Shown in pieces: positions 56,802 through 64,000 of a stretch of DNA of 64,000 nt. This DNA is from the human T2T-CHM13v2.0 reference genome, Homo sapiens. The notes beneath the pieces are model-generated. The model saw only the letters and a list, made by a program, of their open reading frames with translations. It had not been told where the DNA came from and ran no database searches. The stretch is from assembly GCF_009914755.1 (NCBI RefSeq), contig NC_060942.1. One strand, 5' to 3'. Position 1 is the stretch's first letter, and every line of letters starts with the position of its first letter. Both the position numbers and the translations under genes were made by a program.

Positions 56802-58113
56802 TTATACATCCATCTTACCTCTTGAAATGTTTCTGGTTTTCAACAAACATGATGTTTTGTGCCTTCCACTGTGTGGAGTGGCTCTAGATGGTGGTGTCAT
56901 CAATAGCCACCCGCTCATCTCAGACTGCTTGACCTTGAAGCAGTTTCTGGAAATGCCCCTGAACAGCTGTTGATGAATCCACATGGTTTAAAGAGACTTG
57001 CTAAAGGTGGGTGGGTGGTCTGGCTGTCTTTACTTTATTGGGTTCCTTGTTTACAGAGTGAGCCCATAGTTTTTTCTCAATGCCCACTCGTCCCCATCTC
57101 TAGTCAGCTCTAGTAGCTGCTTTCTGATCCAGAGAGGAGACATTTGTAAGATGCAGCCCAATTCAGAGTGAACATTGAGACTTCTCAGCTAAAATTTGCA
57201 ATCTCTCAGACTAAAAAGCTCAAGCCATTTTGGTGCTATGACTCATTCTTGAAATAACACATTTTTACATATTTTGATCAAACTGGAATTCAAGCTGAAT
57301 ATTGCTCACCTGTAACACCCTTTCCTATTTTACTGTTTTCAAAGCCTAGCTCAGCCTCCTGGGGTAAAGTGGTGTTTATTAAAGATAAACATTTAAGTTC
57401 CCCTTTGGGTTCCCAGAAGGCACAGATCATTATGGTGGGGGGTTCCTGGCTGGGGAAAGTGCCCTCAGAGAGCAACTTACTCACAATCTTACTATGGTTG
57501 TAATTCAATTAAAGAAGCTTCCAGGGCCCACCTTTGTGGGCTTTTACCCTGCTATTTCTTCTGTCATCTTTTTTTTTTCTGGCAACTCCCAACATTTATT
57601 TGGTGTAATAATGAAAATGATACAAAAAAAAAATCAGGGATTGTTTGACACTTTTTTCCTAAATGGAAACCTTCACCGAAAGAGGATAAAAGATTTACAG
57701 GTAAGTTCTTTCTCCAAAATTAGTAAATGACCTCAGTTTTAATTCTTACTGAGGTTACTAAGTAGCTATCAGTATATTATTTTCAACTTGTGTCTAGGAG
57801 GGAAATTTTTATGTAGCGGGAGGTAAGGCATTAGCAGAGAAATCAAGTTGTCAGTTGGGAGCCAGCCAGCTTCTGCCCTGCAGTTACTGCTAGAGCTTCA
57901 CTGAGCTGCATATACACAGGCCTGTTTCACAGTGGGATTGAGGAGAGGCTGAATGAATGGCCCTTTGCTAAGCTGGTGGGCACTGCAAGCTCTAGCGTTT
58001 ACTACCCACCAGAAAGGCAAAAGGTGAGGTCTTTATGGGAAAATCTGATGCCCCCAGCTCCTATGATGTCTGTAGCCCAGAATCAAGTCACCCAGCACTT
58101 GGTATAATGTTGA

Positions 58114-58419
<306 letters not shown>

Positions 58420-59147
58420 CCTGGCTAATGTTTTATCTGCTCTTCAAGACCCTGCTGAGGCCCTGTCTCCTTGTACAGTCTTTCTTGGCTCCCCTGGGCA
58501 GCTAGAAACTCCCTCCTCTGGGCCTCTTCAGCACCTCGAGAGCACTTAGTCCATCCAAGTGGGGTCCAGTGTTGATATTTTCTCTCTCCCATTAACCTAG
58601 AACCCTGCAAAGTGTCTGGCACATCACAGGCCTTCATCAGTCTGTGAATGCTTCTCACTTCTTGCTGTGGTTTCTGACGAGGGGGAACCAGGCTCCCCTA
58701 GTTTGCACCCTGGTTTTCTTTGGAGGATATGAGGCTGGAGAGAGGATACCATTAGTGCCACTGAGGGGGATGCATGCTATTCCTGTTCCCGTCTTCATAG
58801 GAAGATGCTCCCAAGGACAGCTCCTTTTGCTGGAGTTTGGAGTTGAAGGGGGAAGTATGGGTTTCATACCGAGAAAAGCCACACACCTATAATTGCAGGC
58901 ACTTTCCCAGAAACTTGAGCCTGACCCCAGGACTGCACCCTGCCGAGCTCTGCTGGGTCACAGCCAGCCTCTGCATTTCCAGGAGGGCTTCCTGACTCTG
59001 GGGAAACATGGGCTTCCTGATGCGAGGGCAAAAAATGGGTTAGGGACTGCCAAGGGGACAGCTAAGGAGCTGAGGAGCCACTGATGTGCCAATTCCTTCT
59101 CTGTGCAGGTTTTATAGGGGAATGAAAGTCAAGAAAACAGCCATTTA

Positions 59148-60275
59148 CAAATGCATGTGTATGTTCACTGGAGCACTATTCACAATAGCAAAGACATGGA
59201 ATCAAACCAGGTGCCCATCAGTGGTGGACTGGATAAAAGAAAATGTGGTACATGCACCGTGGAATACTATGCAGCCACGAAAAGGATGAAATCATGTCCT
59301 TTGCAGCAACATGGGTGCAGCTGGAGGCCATTATCCTAAGCAAATTAATGCAGGAATAGAAAACCTAATGTGGCAGGCCAGGTCTCACTAACACAGTCCT
59401 CCATAACAACTGTTTCAGCACTGACTGAGTGGTTAAGTTAAATATTAAAAGCTGAAAGAGCCAGTGTCTTTCTACAAAGGCTGGAATGTAACAAAAGCTC
59501 ACCAAGAGTTTTGCCTAGGCCTTTCCTGGACCTTGAAGCATAACAAGATAAAGAAGGAATCTTTAACAGGACCCATTTAGGATTAAACACGTTTTTATTG
59601 AGGGTCTGAAGAAACTCCCCAGACCTCCACAAACAAGTTTATTAGGGGTCTGAAGGAACTCCCCAAACCTCCACGGTTTAGCAGGAGACAAGATAAGGGT
59701 AATTACCCCTGGCACCTGCACCCATCTAGATTAAGTAAATTTACTGAGGCTCCAGAGGAAGGTCTTCAAGACTCAGACCTTAGTTATAGATTAAAAGAAG
59801 TTAATCACTTAGGTCTTTAGATGAATGCACACTTACACATGGACATGTAACTTAGAAGATATATAAACTTTGTAACTTTGAGTTGGTCTGGCGATAATTT
59901 CCAGGCCTTCTCCCTGTAATTGGTTACAGAAATAAAAACCTCTCTTCTTTCCCAGTTCATCTACATCTCATTATTGGCACACGAGAATAAGCAGCCCAAC
60001 CCTTGGTTTGGTCAAGGAACAATAATGCTACATGTTCTCACGTATAAGTAGGAGCTAAACATTGAGTACACAAAAACATAAAGATGGGAATAACAGATAC
60101 TGGGGACTGCTAGAGCAGGGTTGGGGGAAAGGGGCATGGGCTGAAAAACTCCCCACTGGGTACTTTGCTCACTTACCTTGGGACAGGATCATTCATGCTC
60201 CAAACCTGAACACCATCCAATATACCCATGTAACAAACCTGTACATGTACCCCTAGAATCCAAAAGAAAAGTCAA
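59148..60275 (+). mobile_element. L1PB/old L1PA 3' end split by an LTR
   Basis: gcactattcacaatagcaaagacatggaatcaa...aaaacctaa[LTR]tgctacatgttctcac...cccatgtaacaaacctgtacatgtacccc. Confidence 0.9.
59369..60021 (+). mobile_element. ERV1 solo LTR (LTR15-like)
   Basis: tgtggcaggccaggtctcactaac...ggaaca (TG..CA), 653 bp, 4-bp TSD ctaa/ataa, TATA-like tatataaa ~59860, aataaa ~59931. Confidence 0.75.
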
Positions 60276-60557
60276 GAGTTAAGAAAGCCACCATTTGTGG
60301 AATGTCTGCTGGGCACCTGCCCAGAGCTCTAGCCCAGTTTTCTGTGCCTTTGCCTACCAAGAGCCACTGGCAAGGCTGAGCCATGAAGATGTGGCAGCCT
60401 TGAGCCTTTTTCAGGTTTCTTCTAATAGATGTGCTTTAATTTAAAGAACAAAATCTCTCTCACTCCCTCCTCTCTCTGCATTTGGAACACAGATTCATCA
60501 AAAACCTTTTAACATAATCCAGTGGTGGCTTTAAGTTATTGGTGTTAATGATTATTC

Positions 60558-63500
60558 TTTTTAAATTTTTTTAAATTATACTTTAAGTTCAGGGGTACAT
60601 GAGCAGAACGTGTAGGTTTGTTACATAGGTGTGCACATGCCATGGTGGTTTGCTACACCCATCAACCTGTAACCTACATTAGGTATTTCTCTTAATGCTA
60701 TCCCTCCCCTAGCCTCCAACCCCCTACAGGCACCGGTATGTGATGTTCCCTTCCCTGTGTCCATGTGTTCTCATTGTTCAACTCCCACTTATGAGTGAGA
60801 ACATGTGGTGTTTGGTTTTCCATTCTTGTGTCAGTTTGCTGAGAATGATGCTTCATCCATGTCCCTGCAAAGGACATAAACTCATTCTTTTTTATGGCTG
60901 CATATTGTTCCATGGTATATATGTGCCATGTTTTCTTTATCCAATCTATCATTGATGGACATTTGGGTTGGTTCCAAGTCTTTCCTATTGTGAATAGGGC
61001 CGCCATAAACATGCGTGTGCATGTGTCTTTATAGCAGAATGACTTATAATCCTTTGGGTATATACCCAGTAATGGGATTGCTGGGTCAAATGGTATTTCT
61101 AGTTCTAGATCTAGATCCTGCCACACTGTCTTCAACAATAGTTGAACTAATTTATACTCCTAGCAACAGTGTAAAAGCATTCTTATTTCTCCACATCCTC
61201 TCCAGCATCTGTTGTTTCCTGACTTTTTAAATGATTGCCATTCTAACTGGCATGAGATGGTATCTCATTGTGGTTTTGATTTGCATTTCTCTAATGACCA
61301 GTGATGATGAGCATTTTTTCATATGTTTGTTGGCTGCATAAATGTCTTCTTTTGAGAAGTGTCTGTTCATATACTTCGCCCACTTTTTGATGGGGTTGTT
61401 TTTTCTTGTAAATTTGTTTAAGTTCTTTGTAGATCTGGATATTAGCCCTTTGTCAGATGGATAGATTGCAAAAAATTTCTCCCATTCTGCAGGTTGCCCG
61501 TTTACTCTGATGAGAGTTTCTTTTGCTGTGCAGAAGCTTCTTTAGTTTAATTAGATCCCATTTGTCAATTTTGGCTTTTGTTGCCATTGCTTTTGGTGTT
61601 TTAGTCACGAAGTCTTTGCCCATGCATATGTCCTGAATGGTATTGTCTAGGTTTTCTTCTAGGATTTTTATGGTGTTAGGTCTTAACATTTAAGGCTTTA
61701 ATCCATCTTGAGTTAATTTTTGTATAACGCAAAAGGAAGGGGTCCAGTTTCAGTTTTCTGCATATGGCTAGCCAGTTTTCCCAACACCATTTATTAAATA
61801 GGGAATCCTTTCCCCATTGCTCGTTTTTGTCAGGTTTGTCAAAGATCAGATGGTTGTAGATGTGTGGTGTTATTTCTGAGGCCTCTATTCTGTTCCATTG
61901 GTCTATATATCTGTTTTGGTACCAATACCATGCTGTTTTGGTTACTGTACCTTGTAGTACGTTGAAGTCAGGTAGTGTGTTGCCTCCAGCTTTGTTCTTT
62001 TTGCTTAGGATTGTCTTGGCTATGCGGTGGTCTCTTTTTTGGTTCCATATGAAGTTTAATGTAGTTTTTTCCAATTCTGTGAAGAAAGTCAGTGGTAGCT
62101 TGATGGGGATAGCATTGAATGTATAAATTACTTTGGGCAGGATAGCCATTTTCCAATATTGATTCTTCCTATCCATGAGCATGGAATGTTTTTCCATTTG
62201 TTTGTGTCCTCTCTTATTTCCTTGAGCAGTGGTTTGTAGTTCTCCTTGAAGAGGTCCTTCACATCCCTTGTAAATTATATTCCTAGGTATTTTATTCTCT
62301 TAGTAGCAATTGTGAATGAGAGTTCACTCATGATTTGGCTCTCTGTTTGTCTGTTATTTGTGTATAGGAATGCTTGTGATTTTTGCAGATTGATTTTGTA
62401 TCCTGAGACTTTGCTGAAGTTGCTTCTCAGCTTAAGGAGATTTAGGGCTGAGATGATGGGGTTTTCTAAATATACGATCATGTCATCTGCAAACAGAGAC
62501 AATTTGACTTCCTCTTTTCCTATTTGAACACCTTTTATTTCTTTCTCTTTCCTGATTGCCCTGGCCAGAACTTCCAATACTATGTTGAATAGGAGTGATG
62601 AGAGAGGGCATCCTTGTCTTGTGCCGGTTTTCAGAGGGATTGCTTCCAGTTTTTGCCCATTCAGTATGATATTGGCTGTGGGTTTGTCATAAATAGCTGT
62701 TATTATTTTGAGATATATTCCATTGATATCCAGTTTATTTAGAGTTTTTAGCATGATGGGATGTTGAATTTTGTTGAAGGCCTTTTCTGCATCTATTGAG
62801 ATAATCATGTGGTTTTTGTCATTGGTTCTGTTTATATGATGGATTACATTTATTGATTTGCATATGTTGAACCAGCCTTGCATCTCAGGGATGAAGCTGA
62901 CTTGATCATGGTGGATAAGCTTTTTGATGTGCTGGTGGATTCGGTTTGCCAGTATTTTATTGAGGATTTTCGCATCGATGTTCATCAGGGATATTGGCCT
63001 GAAATTTTCTTTTTTTGTTGTGTCTCTGCCAGGTTTTGTTATCAGGATGATGCTGGCCTCATAAAATGAGTTAGGGAGGATTCTTTCTTTTTCTATTGAT
63101 TGGAATCGTTTTAGAAGGAATGGTACCAGCTCCTCTTTATACCTCTGGTAGAATTCGGCTGTAAATCTGTCTGGTCCTGGACATTTTTTGGTTGGTAGGT
63201 TATTAATTACTGCCTCAATTTCAGAACTTCTTGTTGGTCTATTCAGGGATTCAACTTCTTCCTGGTTTAGACTTGGGAAGGTGTATGTGTCCAGGAATTT
63301 ATCCATTTCTTCTAGATTTTCTAGTTTATTTGCATAGAGGTGTTTATATTATTCTCTGATGGTAGTTTGTATTTTTGTGGGATCAGTAGTGATATCCCCT
63401 TCATCATTGTTTATTGCATGTATTTTGTTCTTCTGTCTTTTCTTCTTTGTTAGTCTGGCTAGTGGTCTATCAATTTTGTGGATTTTTTTCAAAAAACCTG

Positions 63501-64000
63501 CTCCTGGATTCATTGATTTTTTGAAAGATTTTTCGTGTCTCTATCTCCTTCTGTTCTGCTCTGATCTTAGTTATTTCTTGTCTTCTGCTAGCTTTTGAAT
63601 TTGTTTGCTCTTGCTTCTCTATTTCTTTTAATTGTGATGTTAGGGTGTTGATTTTAGATCTTTCCTGTTTTCTCTTGTGGGCATTTAGTGCTATATATTT
63701 CCCTCTATATACTGCTTTAAATGTGTCCCAGAGATTGATATGTTGTGTCTTTGTTCTCATTGATTTCAAAGAACATCTTTATTACTGCCTTCATTTCATT
63801 ATTTACTGAATAGTCATTCAGAAGCAGGTTGTTCAGTTTCCATGTAGTTGTGCGGTTCTGAGTGAGTTTCTTAATCCTGAGTTCTAACTTGATTGCCCTG
63901 TGGTCTCAGAGACTGTTTGCTATGATTTCTGTTCTTTTGCATTTGCTAAGGAGTGTTTTACTTCTAATTATGTGGTCAATTTTAGAATAAGTGCAATGAG
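60558..64000 (-). mobile_element. L1PA (PA6/7-like), 3'UTR and disrupted ORF2; continues beyond the window
   Basis: ttatactttaagttc 3' end; ORF2 peptides in five separate ORF pieces (63470-63769, 62275-63306, 61676-62197, 61453-61689, 60698-61138). Confidence 0.97.
62275..63306 (-). pseudogene. L1 ORF2p fragment: Z region + reverse transcriptase core (343 aa open)
   Basis: [47 protein letters not shown] motifs; cut off from the EN and C domains by stops/frameshifts. Confidence 0.95.

Noticed and set aside
58527-58547. REST/RE1 site ttcagcacctcgagagcac in L2
   Set aside because: Right half-site is one base short of GGACAG spacing
59585-59673. ~45-bp direct repeat
   Set aside because: Internal U3 repeat of the LTR, likely part of the family consensus
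60558-64000. Active L1
   Set aside because: ORF2 broken into at least five pieces; old L1PA diagnostics

Overview
This is primate, almost certainly human, intergenic DNA; roughly half of it is recognisable interspersed repeat (AluJ/S, FAM/FLAM monomers, L1M/L1P, L2, MIR, MaLR/ERVL/ERV1 solo LTRs, hAT and Tigger MITEs). The only host-gene-derived sequence I can support is a disabled, intronless retrocopy of the uracil-DNA glycosylase SMUG1 (CDS remnant 419-1234 plus 3'UTR). From memory this is SMUG1P1 at 18q21.1 between LIPG and ACAA2; I could not verify the placement. The only long genuine protein-like ORF is the RT core of a dead L1PA element (62275-63306). I found no intact protein-coding gene, tRNA/rRNA or CRISPR array, and no evidence for a new biological system. 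The best oddities are evolutionary or structural: a fold-back Alu fusion (32072-32219), a FAM-containing Alu-like dimer (7489-7790), apparently ancestral residues and a long 3'UTR in the SMUG1 retrocopy, a young 44-bp VNTR, an Alu trimer and several nested insertions. Repeat subfamily names come from recalled consensus sequences; boundaries without a stated TSD are approximate (tens of bp).
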